From Malacoraja senta (lineage: Eukaryota), in contig CM075994.1 of assembly GCA_038087875.1 (NCBI GenBank), forward strand, positions 930,001 to 994,000: a stretch of DNA of 64,000 bases. The letters are read 5' to 3'. A program made the position numbers and the translations under genes. Below are positions 9,673-24,300 of the stretch, in pieces; position 1 is the first letter of the stretch; every line of letters begins with the position of its first letter. Below the pieces are notes generated by a model. It was given only the letters and a program-made list of their open reading frames with translations, was not told the DNA's origin and made no database searches.

Positions 9673-12646
9673 TAAACAAGTAGAACGCCAGCGGAGTCGC
9701 GGGGCGGCAGAACACCAGCGCCCACCAAGCCAGCTCGGCCGACCGGAAGCACCAACAGACGGCGACGTGAAAGGAAGCACCGCCGGGGACGCAGAGGTGG
9801 GTTAAAGGCCATGTTAGAGCTAGACCCACACAGGCTAGCGATTCCTAGCCTTTTCCTCGCCAACGTGCGCTCACTGGCAAACAAAATGGACGAACTCCGG
9901 CTAAGGATCACCTCCCACAACTGGATCAAAGACTGCAGCAACTTGATCCTCACGGAAACTTGGCTCAACACCGACGTTCCTGACAGCGCCATCCAGCTAA
10001 CGGGGCGGCATTTACTCCGAGCGGACAGGACAATAGACTCTGGTAAGACCAGAGGTGGAGGTCTGTGCATTTATGTAAATAAAGCATGGTGCACGGACAC
10101 CACCATCATCGAGAGTCACTGCTCAGCTAACCTAGAGTTCCTCTTGGTTAGATGCAGACCGTTCTATCTGCCCAGAGAGTTTACCTCCACTGTTGTGACT
10201 GCAGCCTATATTCCTCCTGATCCTAATGCCAAGCTTGTAATGAAAGATCTGCATACTGCCATTAGCAAACAACAGACTCACAACCCCGAGGCAGCCTTCA
10301 TTGTTGCGGGTGACTTCAATCACTCCAACCTGAAGACTGTACTCCCCAAATTCCACCAACATGTCTCCTTCGCCACTAGAGAAGACAAGACACTGGACAA
10401 AGTCTACACCAACATGACTGAAGCTCACAAAGCCGTCCCCCTCCCCCACCTTCGACAGTCTGATCACCTCCCATTGTTCCTGCTCCCAAAGTACTCCCCA
10501 CTCATCAGACAGGTTAAACCCACTGTGAGGACAGTTAAAGTCTGGTCAGAGGATGCGGACTCCACACTTCAGCAGTGTTTTGGAAACACTGACTGGATGG
10601 CGTTTGCAGCCCAGGCCACCCATGACTCCCACACGGACATTGACTCCTATACATCCTCTGTTCTGGACTGTATCAACTCCACCATCAACAGTGTCACCTC
10701 CCTCAAACGGGTGACCATATTCCCGAATCAGAAGCCATGGATGAACGGCGAGGTGAGGCTACTGCTGAAAGCACGGGACACCGCTTTTAGGTCAGGCGAT
10801 GCCCGAGCCTATAGTTAATTCAGGGCTAACCTGAAGAAGGGCATAAAGAAGGCCAAGCACTGCCATAAGCTCAGGATTGAGGAGCACTTCAACAACAACT
10901 CCGACCCCCGACGCATGTGGCAAGGCATCCAGGCCATCACGGACTTTAGACCCACCAACACCACCCCCACATCCAGCAACGCCTCCTTCCTTGAGGAGCT
11001 TAACCACTTCTATGGCCGCTTCAATAAGGACAATCGGCAGTTGGCCATCAAGGCGGTGCTCCCTGCCGATCACCAGCCCCTCTCACTCACCCCATACGAC
11101 GTGTACGTGGCACTGAGTAGGACTAATGCACGTAAGGCTGCTGGCCCCGACGGCATCCCCGGGCGCGTCCTCAGGGCCTGTGCGGCGCAGCTGACAGACG
11201 TCTGGACTGACATCTTCAACCTGTCACTTACCCAAGCAGTTGTGCCCACGTGCCTTAAATCCACCTCCATCGTGCCGGTGCCAAAACACTCCACTGCGGC
11301 AAGCCTCAACGACTTCCGCCCAGTTGCACTTACTCCCATCATCGCCAAGTGCTTCGAGAGGCTGGTCCGGGCACACCTCAAAGGCTGCCTACCCCCCACA
11401 TTGGATCCCTATCAGTTTGCCTACCGCAAGAACAGGAGCACAGAGGATGCCATCTCAACGGCACTTCACTCCGCCCTCTCCCACCGCGACAACAGAGACA
11501 CTTACGTAAGAATGCTGTTCATCGATTACAGCTCAGCATTCAACACCATCATACCCTCTAAACTGATCACCAAACTCGGTGACCTGGGCATCGACCCCTC
11601 CCTCTGCAACTGGATACTGGACTTTCTAACCAACAGACCCCAGTCTGTTAGGTTAGACAAGCACACCTCTTCAACCCTCATCCTGAACACCGGCGTTCCA
11701 CAGGGCTGTGTGCTGAGCCCCCTCCTCTACTCCCTCTTCACCTACGACTGCACACCTGTACATGGTGCTAACACCATCATCAAGTATGCAGATGATACAA
11801 CGGTGATTGGCCTCATCAGCAACAACGATAAGTCGGCCTATAGGGAGGAGGTCCAGCTCCTAGCAGCATGGTGCACTGACAACAACCTGGCCCTTAACTC
11901 CAAGAAGACCAAGGAGCTCATTGTAGACTTCAGGAAGTCTAGGGGAGGCACGCACACCCCCATCCACATTAACGGGACGGAGGTGGAACGTGTTTCCAGC
12001 TTCAGGTTCCTGGGGGTCAACATCTCCGATGACCTCCCTTGGACCAACAATACCTCAACTCTGGTCAAGAAGGCTCACCAGCGTTTCTTCTTCCTGCGAA
12101 GACTAAAGAAGGTCCATCTGTCTCCTCAGATTCTGGTGAACTTCTACCGCTGCACCATCGAGAGCATCCTTACCAACTGTATCACAGTATGGTATGGCAA
12201 CTGCTCTGTCTCCGACCGGAAAGCACTGCAGAGGGTGGTGAAAATTGCCCAACGCATCACCGGTTCCTCACTCCCCACCATTGAGTCTGTCCAAAGTAAG
12301 CGTTGTCTGCGAAGGGCGCTCAGCATCGCCAAGGACTGCTCTCACCCCAACCACAGACTGTTTACCCTCCTACCATCCGCGAGGCGCTACAGGTCTCTCC
12401 GTTGCCGGACCAGCAGGTCCAGGGACAGCTACTTCCCTGCGGCGGTTACACTACTCAACACTGTACCTCGGTGACTGCCAATCACCCCCCCCCCCCCGGA
12501 CACTCCTCCCACCAGGATTTATTAGATGCATTTATTTACTGCTCATATTTATGTCGCTCTTCCAGGGAGATGCTAACTGCATTTCGTTGTCTCTGTACTG
12601 TACACTGCACAATGACAATAAAGTTGAATCTGAATCTGAATCTGAA
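9651..12646 (+). mobile_element. Rex1/Babar LINE (APE endonuclease + RT), premature stop
   Basis: LANVRSLANKMDEL, LTETWL, AGDFN, SDH, GVPQG, YADD motifs. TAA at 10816-10818 splits the ORF. (GAATCT)n tail. Confidence 0.92.
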
Positions 12647-12839
12647 TGTAATGACTGTGGTTGTGAGTGCAATGTTATCTCTGAGGATCATTAGGTCTCA
12701 TTAGTGCTGGTTTGCGAACACTCGCGTTGAATATTTGCTCTGGCTAATGACATGGATGTCGCAAGAGACCATCTGCTCACGTATAAATCCTTCCGTTTCC
12801 AAAGCACCCCATTCATAGAGCGCCTCCTTTCACCAGAGG

Positions 12840-15800
12840 ATGGGAACGTACGCACTTCACATCGAGATCTTCTACCCGATTATTGCAGTCATTGGTGTGC
12901 CTGGTAAGTCATTTCATTTAATGTAGCGGTGGTTTTCTCTCCGTCCCTCCCCCACCCTAGTTGTCGTACTAGTTTCACTGTCGTCTTATTGAGTTTCACT
13001 GTCTGTACAACTCGTTATCCCCTAGCCCTCATCCAACAATGGGCCATCATGGGCTCTCCATTTTCTTGATCATCGTTACTTTATGAATAGCTTTCATTCA
13101 TTTGCTCTTTATCTCTCTCTATCACCGACTATATCTCTCGTTTTCTTTTCTCCTTACTGGTCTGAAATAAAGGTCTCGACCCGAAATGTCACTTATTCCT
13201 TCTCTCCAGAGATGCTGTCTGACCCACTGAGTTAATCCAGCATTTTTGTGCCTCTTACCAGAATGATGCCTGCTTTAGCGGGAATCAGCTACAAGGAGAA
13301 GTCGGACAGACTTGGATTGTTTTCTCTGGAATACCGGAGGTTGAATCTTTCTATGTCTCTTCATAGTTTTTGGCTGCAGTTGATTTCTCTGCATCCATTG
13401 TGCCAGTCAGTGGTCAGAGTCAGGGCAACGATGAGATTGTTCACTTTTGTGCTCTTGGCTTCAATGCTAAGGGAAGACGGATTGCTTCTAACATTGGGCA
13501 GGTAGTCGCTGGTCTGCGCAGGCCCGACGGGCCAAATGGCCTGTTTTCACGCTGTTCCTCTTGTTCCAGAGTTGCTGCCTCACATCGCAAAAGACCTGGG
13601 TTCAGTCCTGACCTCGGGTGTTGTGTATGGCCTGGCTGGAGTGAATGTGAAGAGCCCGCCAAGTCTACTGTAACATTCAGTCATGGCTGATCTATCTTCC
13701 CCTGATCACCCCCATTCTCCTGCCTTTACCCCCTATCCTTTAACCACCGTATTGATCAAGAACCTGTCAATCTCCGGTTAAGAACTACCCAAAAGACTTG
13801 GATCGTATTCAGTTCAGTTGAATTTAGTTCATTATCACGTGTACCGAGGTACAGTGAAAAGCTTTTTTTGCGTGCTAACCAGTCAGCGGAAATACAATAC
13901 ATGATTACAATCGAGCCATTTCCAGTGTACAGATAATAGATAAGGGAATGACTTTCAGTGCAAGGTAAAGCCAGCAAAGTCCGGTCACACATGGTCCGTG
14001 TCACTAATGAGGTAGAAAGTAGTTCAGGACTGCTGAAATTCTGGTTACATTTATTGCCGTTCCCTACAGATGCAGTCCCCTACGCCTCTATCCCATTTCC
14101 CTCTTGCTTCTCGCCGTTGTGTGTTTCCTTACAGCCAACCTGATGTCCTTGGTGATCCTGTTCCGAGGAAAGTGCGGTCTCTCCAAAGACATCACCTGCT
14201 ACATGATGGCCATGGCGATGGGTGATCTCATGGTGTTGGTCTTCAACGTCATAGTCAGCCAGTTAGTCAGGTACGTACTGCATACCTGCTCCAACCTCAT
14301 CTACTGCATGTGTAGGAAGGAACTGCAGATGCTGGTTTACGCCGAAGATAGCCACAAAATGCTGGAGTAACGCGGCGGGACAGGCAGCATCTGCGGATAG
14401 AAAGAATGGGTGACGTTTCGGGTCGAGAGCCTTCTTCAGACTGAGAGACAGTGGAAGGGGACACGCAGAGATATCAAAAGGAAAGGTGTGAAAACGAGAC
14501 ATCAAATGGGACGCTGTTACCGTAAAATACGATAGAACTTTACTAAACCCAGGAGGGAAAGTATTCTGCTAACAGTCATAAAAAAAAACAAGATACATTA
14601 AATTAAAGTGACGAATGGGAAGGTTTGGGGATGTGCAAAGATTTGGGAAGGGGGGTGGGGGGTGAAGTGGTATTCTGATCAAGGGAAAAGTAGAATGGAC
14701 CATTGTTAGCTCGGAGAAGTGGACAACGAAGCAAAGAGAGATAAATATTTAATCAAAGGGACAGTCAGACTGGTCGGGGAATTAGGATGGGATGGAGAGA
14801 GTGGAAAAGCAAGGGTCACTTGGAGTTAGAGAAGTCAAGCTGGGGTGTAAGCTGCCCAAGCGAAATACGAGGTGCTGTTGCTCCTGTTTGCGCTGGCCCT
14901 CACTCTGACAATGGAGGAGGCCCCTGACAGAATGGGTAGGTGTGCGAATGGGAGGAGGAGTAAAAGTGTTTGGCCACCGGGAGATATCCCAGTTCCCGAT
15001 GTGGCCTCCTGGACATCGGCAACACAATGTGTAGACTGGGCGAAAATTTCGCCGAACACTTGCGCTCGGTCCGCCAAGACCTGCTGGATCTCCCGGTTTT
15101 TAACCATTCCCTTCCCGTTACCACACTGGCCTTTTTTAAAATCCTGGGCCTCCTTCACTGCCAGAGTGAGGCCACACGCAAACTGGAGGAACAGCATCTT
15201 ACAACCCAACGGTATGAACATTGAATACTCCGATTTTAGGTAACCTTTCACCAACCTCCCGCAAAGCCCATTCCATTCTACCCCACACTACCCCTCTCTC
15301 TTCGCACGCCTCCCCGCTCCTGTTCCCCGCACAGCACTAAAGACCTGGGTTCGACTCTGACTTTGGTGTGTCTGTGTGTAGTATGAACATTCTGCCTGTG
15401 ACTGCGTGGGTTTTATCCAGGTGCTCCGGATTGCTCCCACACTCCACTGGTCTGATTGCAAAAGTTAGAGGAAACCTTGGGCACCCGGAGATACCCACGA
15501 TGTCACGGGGACAACGGCCAATCTCAGGGCAGACTGCACCCGTAGTCAGAATCGAACCCGGGTCTCTGGCAGCAACTCTACCGCTGCGCCACCGTGCCGA
15601 CCCGCTGCGTTACTCCAGCGTTTTGTGTTTATCTTTCCTCCATTTGCTGCCTGACCCGCTGAGCTACTCCAGCGTTTTGTATCTATTTTTCTTTCCAGGG
15701 CCGCTGCCTGACCCGCTGAGTCACCCCGGCGTTTCTTGTCCTTTCAGGTACCACTTCCCCGGGTCTCCGCTCCGCTACACGCCCGTGTGCCGGCTCAGTG

Positions 15801-16537
15801 CCTACCTGCAAGGCTTCAGTTTCCAGCTCAATACCTGGTTCACCGTGGCCTTCACGTGTGACCGTTTCGTGGCTATCTGTTGCCGGAAGCTGAGGCGCAC
15901 GTATTGCACCGAGAGAACCGCGGCGATGGTGTTAGCGGCGGTAGGAATGGTCAGCGTGTTGACGAACGCGCCCTTGCCTCTCCGCTACCGGCCCTGTCAC
16001 ACCGTTCACCTTGTGGCCTACGGTTGCTGCCCTGTGCCGGGACACCTGGAATCCCCACTGTGGTCCGCCCATCGCTGGGCCTCCAACCTCCTCAACACCT
16101 TCCTCCCCATCCCCGCCCTGCTGCTTCTGAATTCGCTGACCGCCAGACACATCCTAGGGGCTAGCAGGGCCCGACTGGCCTTGAAGGGCCCTCTCCAGGG
16201 GGGCGGGGGCAACGACCCCGAGGTCAGGAGCCGGAGGGCTTCGGTCGCCCTGCTGTTCGCCGTCTCCGGGAGCTTCGTGGCGCTGGCCGTTCCCATCACG
16301 GTGATCCACGCCTGGGTGGGGGTGAGCGGGACGGTGATGTTCCGCGGTCCCCGCTCGCTGTACGCGGCCGTGCAAGTCGCGATGTTGCTGAAGTGCCTCG
16401 GTTCCTGCACAAACACCTGTGTGTACGCCCTCACCCAGAGCAGGTTCAGAGCGCAGTTGAAAGCCCTGCTCACATCCCCCTTCGCTGCTCTGTGCATAGG
16501 TGTTAAGGTGAGGGGGAAAGATGTACGAGAAACCTGA
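12840..16537 (+). CDS. GPR139/GPR142-like orphan class A GPCR, copy 2 (intact, 329 aa)
   Basis: Exons 12840-12903, 14135-14270 and 15748-16537 total 990 nt, all with canonical GT-AG sites. MGTYALHIEIFYPIIAVIGVP/ANLMSLVILFRGKCGLS...AMAMGDLMV...VR/YHFPG...TPVC...WFTVAFTCDRFVAIC...SCTNTCVYALTQSRFR; seven hydrophobic segments. Confidence 0.9.
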
Positions 16538-17317
16538 GGGGTATCCTTCAGCCAAACTTGCTCACAATGGCCCCCATGCTCCGTCTACACTAGGCCCACC
16601 TGCCTGCATTTGGTCCATATCCCTCCAAACCTGTCCGATCCATGTACGTGTATAAATGTTTCTTAAACGTTGTGATAATTAACCCTATGTCCTGCACTTA
16701 GAACGTGGAACTTAGCACTGGAATACAATGTCCGTGCCACAATGACCGTGCCAAACACGATGGCAAGATCATCTAATCTCTATGTTGCCGCGTGGGTTTC
16801 CTCTCGGTGCAGCATTTCCTTCCACACCCTATAAATTTTGTAGGATATTTGGACTCACCAAATTGCCCATTAGAGTATAGGGAGTTCTCCTCTCTCCCCT
16901 TTTCTCCCCTCTCCCATCGCGCAAAATGTATAGAAATATGAATACACACACCTCAAGTTTCAGGGATAGTTTCTTCCCAACTGTTATCAAGAAACTGAAG
17001 CATCCTACCACAACCAGTGAGCAGTGCTAAATTACTATCTACCTCATTGGTGACCGTCGGACTATTTTTTACCGGAATTTACTGGATTAACCTTGCACTA
17101 AACGTTATTCCCTTATCGTGTATCTGTACAATGTGGACGGCTCCATTGTAATCATGTATTGTCTTTCCGCTGACTGGTTTGAACGCAACAAAAAGTTTTA
17201 ACTGTACCTCCGTTAACGTGACAACAAACAAAACGAAATTATTCCTACTGTATGCGTCTACTAGGGTGACAGATAGACTCTTTTATTGTTCCAGATTAAA
17301 ATAAAACATGAATTGGA

Positions 17318-18402
17318 TCATCATTGAATCATTGAACCATTGAATCATTCAACCATTGAATCATTGAATCATTGAACCATTGAATCATTCAACCATTCAG
17401 CCAGTGAACCATTGAATCATTGAACCAGTCAGCCATTGAGCCATTGAGCCATTCAATCATTGAACCATTGAGCCATTGAATCATTGAACCAATGAGCCAT
17501 TGAACCATTGAACTATTGAGCCTTTGAATCATTGAACCATTGAATCATTCAACCATTGAACCATTATAACCATATAACCATATAACAATTACAGCACGGA
17601 AACAGGCCATCTCGGCCCTTGTAGTCCGTGCCGAACACTTACTGTCACCTAGTCGCATCTACCTGCACTCAGACCATAAGCATGGAACCATTGAAACAAT
17701 GAATCATTGAATCGTTGAACGATTGAGCCATTGAATCATTGAACCATTGAACGATTGAGCCATTGAGCCATTGAACCATTGAATCATTGAGCCATTTGTC
17801 CTTTAATCTGGTTGATCACAAACTCTGTTCTCATTGGGTCCATTCGAAGCGGGGAGAAATCTCGTCTGCACGGAGTAAATAACATTAATTGAATCATTGA
17901 ACCACAGAACCATTGAATCATTGAGCCAATGAATCATTGGATCATTGAATCATTGAACCGTTGAACCGTTGAGCCATTGAGCCATTGAACCATTGAACCA
18001 TTGAATCATCGAATCATTGAACCATCGAATCATTGAACAATTGTATCATTGAGCCTTCAAAACATCGAACCATTGAACCATTGAATCATGGAATCGTTGA
18101 ATCATTGATCATTGAGAAATTTTGAATGATTGAACCATTGAGCCATTGAACCATTGAACCATTGAGCCATTGAATCATTGAATCATTGAACCATTGAGCC
18201 ATTGAGCCATTGAATCATTGAGCCATTGAATCATTGAATCATTGAATCATTGAATCATTGAATCATTGAGCCATTGAACCGTTGAGCCGTTGAATCGTTG
18301 AACCATAGAGCCATTGAGCCATTTAGCCATTAAGCCATTGAACCATTGAGCCATTGAATCGTTGAACCATAGAGCCATTGAACCAATGAACCATTGAGCC
18401 AT
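17318..18402. repeat. 8-bp minisatellite, unit 2
   Basis: As 4981-6137. Confidence 0.95.
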
Positions 18403-21334
18403 TTGTTCTTTAATCTGGTTGATCACAAACTTTGTTCTCATTGGGTCCATTCGAAGCGGGGACAAATCTCGTCTGCACGGAGTAAATAACATAAATTGCA
18501 GTCACTGAATTCACTGTTTCACAACGGGACACGAAATGGAATATAATTTCAATGTTTCTATAGAGAATAGACGCAGGAGTGGGCCATTCGGTCCGTCGTG
18601 CTAGCACCGCCATTCAATGTGACCATGGCTGATCATCCCCAATCAGTACTCCGTTCCTGCCTTCTCACCATATCCCCTGACTCCGCTATCTTTAAGAGCC
18701 CGATCTAGCTTTCTCTTGACAGTATCCAGAGATCCAGCCTCCACAGGCAGAGAATTCCACAGAATCACAGCTCTCTGTGTGAAAAGGTGTTTTCTCATCT
18801 CCGTTCTAAATGGCTTACCCCTCAGTCTTAAACTGTGGCCCTTGGTTCTGGACTCCCCCAACATGTGTCCTGCATCTAGCATGTCCAAACCCTTAATAAT
18901 CTTATATGTTTCAATAAGATCCCCTCTCATCTAAATTCCAGAGTATACAAGCCCAGCCGCACCATTCTCTCAGCATATGACAGTCCCGCCATCCCGGGAA
19001 TTAACCTTGTATACCTACGCTGGACTCCCTCAATAGCAAGAATTTCCTTCCTCAAATAAGGGGACCAAAACTGCTCACAATATACCAGGTGTCGTCTCAC
19101 TAGTGCCCTGTACCACTGCAGAAGGAACTCTTTGCTCCTATACTCGACTCCTCTTGTCATGACTAGAGAACACACTGAGTGATGTGGATATCCCAAAAGC
19201 TTTTGAAGGTGTACAATTCATCAATACATTAAAACACGGTGCCAGATAGTACCTGTTGTCAACCTATTCATGTTCCCTACCTTTGAACTCCGCTCCTTGA
19301 GGTTTCAGAAGACGATAGGCAGACCATTTCACATGCTCGCTGTTATTACCATTATACATCCAATACATACAGACTTGCCATTAATACATTTGGCGTCACT
19401 AACTATCAGTTTTAGCTTCGTTTAGTTTAGTTTAGTTTAGAGATGCAGCGCGGAACAGGCCCTTCGGCCCACCGAGTCCGTGCCGACCAACGATCCTCGC
19501 ACGTTGACACGATCCCGCACACACTAGGGACAATTTACATTTCTACCAAGCCAATTAACCTACCCACCTGTACGTCTTTGGAGTGTGGGAGGAAACCGAA
19601 CATCTCTGGCGCAGGTCAAGGGGAGAACTTACAGACAGCACCCATAGTCGGAATCTAACCTCGGCCATGTAGATGAGGTTGGAGGAGATGCCAGTCAACC
19701 TCTGCCTCATCTGCATTTGCACCTCCTCACCCCGACAGTCTTTTCAGGTGAGGCAGAGGTTCACTTGCATCTCCTACAACCTCATCTACTGTATCCGCTG
19801 TCCCAGGTGTGAACCTCCGCACATCGGCGAGACCAAGCGCAGGCTCGGCGATCGTTTTGTTGAACACCTCCGCTCAGTCCGTCTTAACCGTCTTAAGTTT
19901 AAGCAATTTAAGTATCCTTTATTGTCATTTAGACATTTCAGTCTGAGCGAAATTGTATACCTTGCAGTCATAACATAGAATAAAATAACAAAACACACAG
20001 TTAACATAGTTTAACATCCACCACAGTGAGTCTACCAGGCACCTCCTCATTGTGATGGAAGGCAAAAATCTTAAAGTCCTTGTCATTTCCCTGCTCGTCT
20101 CCCTCTACTTTGAGGCGATCCAGGCTTCCGGTGTTGGGCCTCCCAGCGGCTGCAACCGAGCTCCGCGAACGGGCTGGTTCAAACTCCGTGGCCCGGGGCG
20201 GTCGAAGCTGCCGAAGCTGCCACCCACCAGTCCAGCGGACGAAGCTGATGTTGCGGGAGCTCCGGAGAATCGGTCACCAACCTGGGACCTGCGAGCTCCC
20301 GACGTTGTCGTCTACTGGGCACGCGGCCGAGCCTCCGAGGCTCCGAAGTCGGGTCGCCGCCACCACAGCCCCGAAATCGGCCAGCCTCGCGATGGTAAGT
20401 CCTGGCTCTGCCTCCGGAGCCTCGAGGTCGGTCCCTGTTGGAGGCCGCCAGCTCCGCGATTAGGCCTCAGCGCAGACGGAGACGGAGACGGGGGATACGA
20501 CAAGAAAAGGTCGCACCCCCCCCCCCCCCCGATGGAGGAGACTAAAGACAATTTCTCCCATTCCCCCCACACATACACAACTAAAATAAACGAAATAAAC
20601 TAAACAACAGGAGAAAAGAAACAAAAAAAAAGAAAAGACAAACGGACTGCAGGTGAGCCGCAGCTGCTTGGGCAGCGCCGCCACTTCCGAACATCGAAAT
20701 CTGATAGAGAATAGACCAAGGGTCAAGAAAAGGGTAGATAGTAGTTCAGGACTGCCCTCTGGTTATGCTAGGGTGTATACATTGCCTGATAACAGCTGGG
20801 AAGAAACTGTGCCTGAATGTGATGATGTGCCTTTTCAGATCAAGTTTCAGATCAAGTTTCCGAGCTGTATCACTCAACTAACCTAAAATAAACGAATCAA
20901 AACTAAACTAAACTCGACTAGAATAGACTAAACTAAACTAAATTAAACTAAACTAAATTAAACTAAACTAACTTGGCTAAATTAAATTGAACGAAACATA
21001 ATGAAATGGAACAAAACAAAACTAAACTAGATTAATGATAACATAACTAATTAAAGCAAACTAATACACTAAAGTAAACTAACTAAAGCAAACTAACTAA
21101 ATTAAATTAACTAAAGCACACTAACTAAACTAAACTAGTGATGTAATGACTGTGTCTGTGAGTGCAATGTTATCTCTGAGGATCGTTAGGTCTCATTAGT
21201 GCTGGTTTGCGAACCCTTGCGTTGAATATTTGCTCTGGCTAATGACATGGATGTCGCAAGAGACCATCTGCTCACGTATAAATCCTTCCGTTTCCAAAGC
21301 ACCCCATTCATAGAGCGCCTCCTTTCACCAGAGG

Positions 21335-24300
21335 ATGGGAACGTACGCATTTCACATCGAGATCTTCTACCCGATTATTGCAGTCATTGGTGTGCCTTGT
21401 AAGTTATTTCATTTAATGTAGCGGTGGTTTTCACTCCGTCCCTCCCCCACCCTAGTTGTCGTACTAGTTTCACTGTCGTCTTATTGAGTTTCACTGTCTG
21501 TATAACTCGTTATCACCTAGCCCTCATCCAACAATGGGCCATCATGGGCTCTCCATTTCCTTGATCATCGTTACTTTATGCATAGCTTTCATTTATTTGC
21601 TCTTTATCTCTCTCTATCACCGACTGTATCTCTCGTTTTCTTTTCTCCTTACTGGCCTGAAATAAAGGTCTCGACCCGAAATGTCACTTATTCCTTCTCT
21701 CCAGAGATGCTGTCTGACCCACTGAGTTAATCCAGCATTTTTGTGCCTCTTACCAGAATGATGCCTGCTTTAGCGGGAATCAGCTACAAGGAGAAGTCGG
21801 ACAGACTTGGATTGTTTTCCCTGGAATACCGCAGGTTGAATGGAGACCTTCTATGTCTCTTCATTGTTTTTGGCTGCAGTTGATTTCTCTGCATCCATTG
21901 TGCCAGTCAGTGGTCAGAGTCAGGGCAACGGTGAGATTGTTCACTTTTGTGCTCTTGGTTTCAATGCTAAGGGAAGACGGATTGCTTCTAACATCGGGCA
22001 GCTAGTCGCTGGTCTGCGCAGACCCGACGGGCCGAATGGCCCGTTTTCACCCTTATTGTCTAAAATTAGGTGTAGCACCGTGGCGCAGAGGGAGAGTTGC
22101 TGCCTCACATCGCAAAAGACCTGGGTTCAGTCCTGACCTCGGGTGTTGTGTATGGCCTGGATGGAGTGAATGTGAAGAGCCCGTCAAGTCTACTGTAACA
22201 TTCAGTCATGGCCGATCTATCTTCCCCTGATCACCCCCATTCTCCTGCCTTTTCCCCCTATCCTTTCACAACCTTATTGATCAAGAACCTGTCAATCTAC
22301 GGTTAAGAAATACCCAAATGACTTGGATCGTATTCAGTTCAGTGGAATTTAGTACATTATCACGTGTACCGAGGTACAGTGAAAAGCGTTTCTTGCGTGC
22401 TAACCAGTCAGCGGAAATACAATACATGATTACAATCGAGCCATTTCCAGTGTACAGATACATGATAAGGGAATGACGTTCAGTGCAAGTTAAAGCCATC
22501 AAAGTCCGGTCACACATGGTCCGTGTGTCACCAATGAGTTAAAAAGTAGTTCAGGACTGCTGAAATTCTGGTTACATTTATTGCCGTTCCCTACAGATGC
22601 AGTCCCCTACGCCTCTATCCCATTTCCCTCTTGCTTCTCGCCGTTGTGTGTTTCCTTACAGCCAACTTGATGTCCTTGGTGATCCTATTTCGAGGAAAGT
22701 GCGTTCTCTCCAAAGACATCACCTGCTACATGATGGCCATGGCGATGGGTGATCTCATGGTGTTGGTCTTCAACGTCATAGTCAGCCAGATAGTCAGGTA
22801 CGTACTGGATACCTGCTCCAACCTCATCTACTGCATGTGTAGGAAGGAACTGCAGATGCTGGTTTACGCCGAAGATAGACACAAAATGCTGGAGTAACGC
22901 GGCGGGACAGGCAGCACCTGCGGATAGAAAGAATGGGTGAGGTTTCGGGTCGAGAGCCTTCTTCAGACTGAGAGTCAGTGGAGGGGGACACGCAGAGATA
23001 TGAAAAGGATAGGTGTGAAAACGAGACATCAAATGGGACGCTGATACCATACAATACGATAGAACTTTACTAATCCCAGGAGGGAAAGTATTCTGCTAAC
23101 AGTCATAAAAAAACAAGATACATTAAATTAAAGTGACGAATGGAAAGGTTTGGGGATGTGCAAAGATTTGGGAAGGGGGGTGGGGGGTGAAGAGGTATTC
23201 TGATCAAGGGAAAAGTAGAATGGACCATTGTTAGCTCGGGGAAGTGGACAACGAAGCAAAGAGAGATAAATATTTAATCAAAGGGACAGTCAGACTGGTC
23301 GGGGAATTAGGATGCGATGGAGAGAGAGGAAAAGCAAGGGTCACTTGGAGTTAGAGAAGTCAAGCTGGGGTGTAAGCTGCCCAAGCGAAACACGAGGTGC
23401 TGTTGCTCCTGTTTGCGCTGGGCCTCACTCTGACAATGGAGGCGGCCCCTGACAGAATGGGTAGGTGTGCGAATGGGAGGAGGAGTAAAAGTGTTTGGCC
23501 ACCGGGAGATATCCCAGTTCCCGATGTGGCCTCCTGGACATCGGCAAGACAATGTGTAGACTGGGCGAAAATTTCGCCGAACACTTGTGCTCGGTCCGCC
23601 AAGACCTGCTGGATCTCCCGGTTTTTAACCATTCCCTTCCCGTTACCACACTGACCTTTTTTTTAAAATCCTGGGCCTCCTTCACTGCCAGAGTGAGGCC
23701 ACACGCAAACTGGAGGAACAGCATCTTACAACCCAACGGTATGAACATTGAATACTCCGATTTTAGGTAACCTTTCACCAACCTCCCCCAAAGCCCATTC
23801 CATTCTACCCCACACCACCCCTCTCTCTTCCCACGCCTCCCCGCTCCTGTTCCCCTGCACAGCACTAAAGACCTGGGTTCGACTGACTTTGGTGTGTCTG
23901 TGTGTAGTATGAACATTCTGCCTGTGACTGCGTGGGTTTTATCCGGATGCTCCGGATTGCTCCCACACTCCACTGGTCTGATTGCAAAAGTTAGAGGAAA
24001 CCTTGGGCACCCGGAGAATACCCACGATGTCACGGGGAAAACGGCCAATCTCCGGGCAGACTGCACCCGTAGTGAGAATCGAACCCGGGGCTCTGGCAGC
24101 AACTCTACCGCTGCGCCACCGTGCCGACCCGCCGCGTTACTCCGGCGTTTTGTGTTTATCTTTCCTCCATTTGCTGCCTGACCCGCTGAGTTACTCCAGC
24201 GTTTTGTATCTATATTTCTTTCCAGAGCCGCTGCCTGACCCGCTGAGTCACCCCGGCGTTTCTTGTCCTTTCGGGTACCACTTCCCCGGGTCTCCGCTCC

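Noticed and set aside
15368..15747. N-terminus of the 389-aa ORF as the true receptor start
   Set aside because: SINE- and Penelope-derived and lacks TM1-TM2, which exons 1-2 supply in the correct phase.
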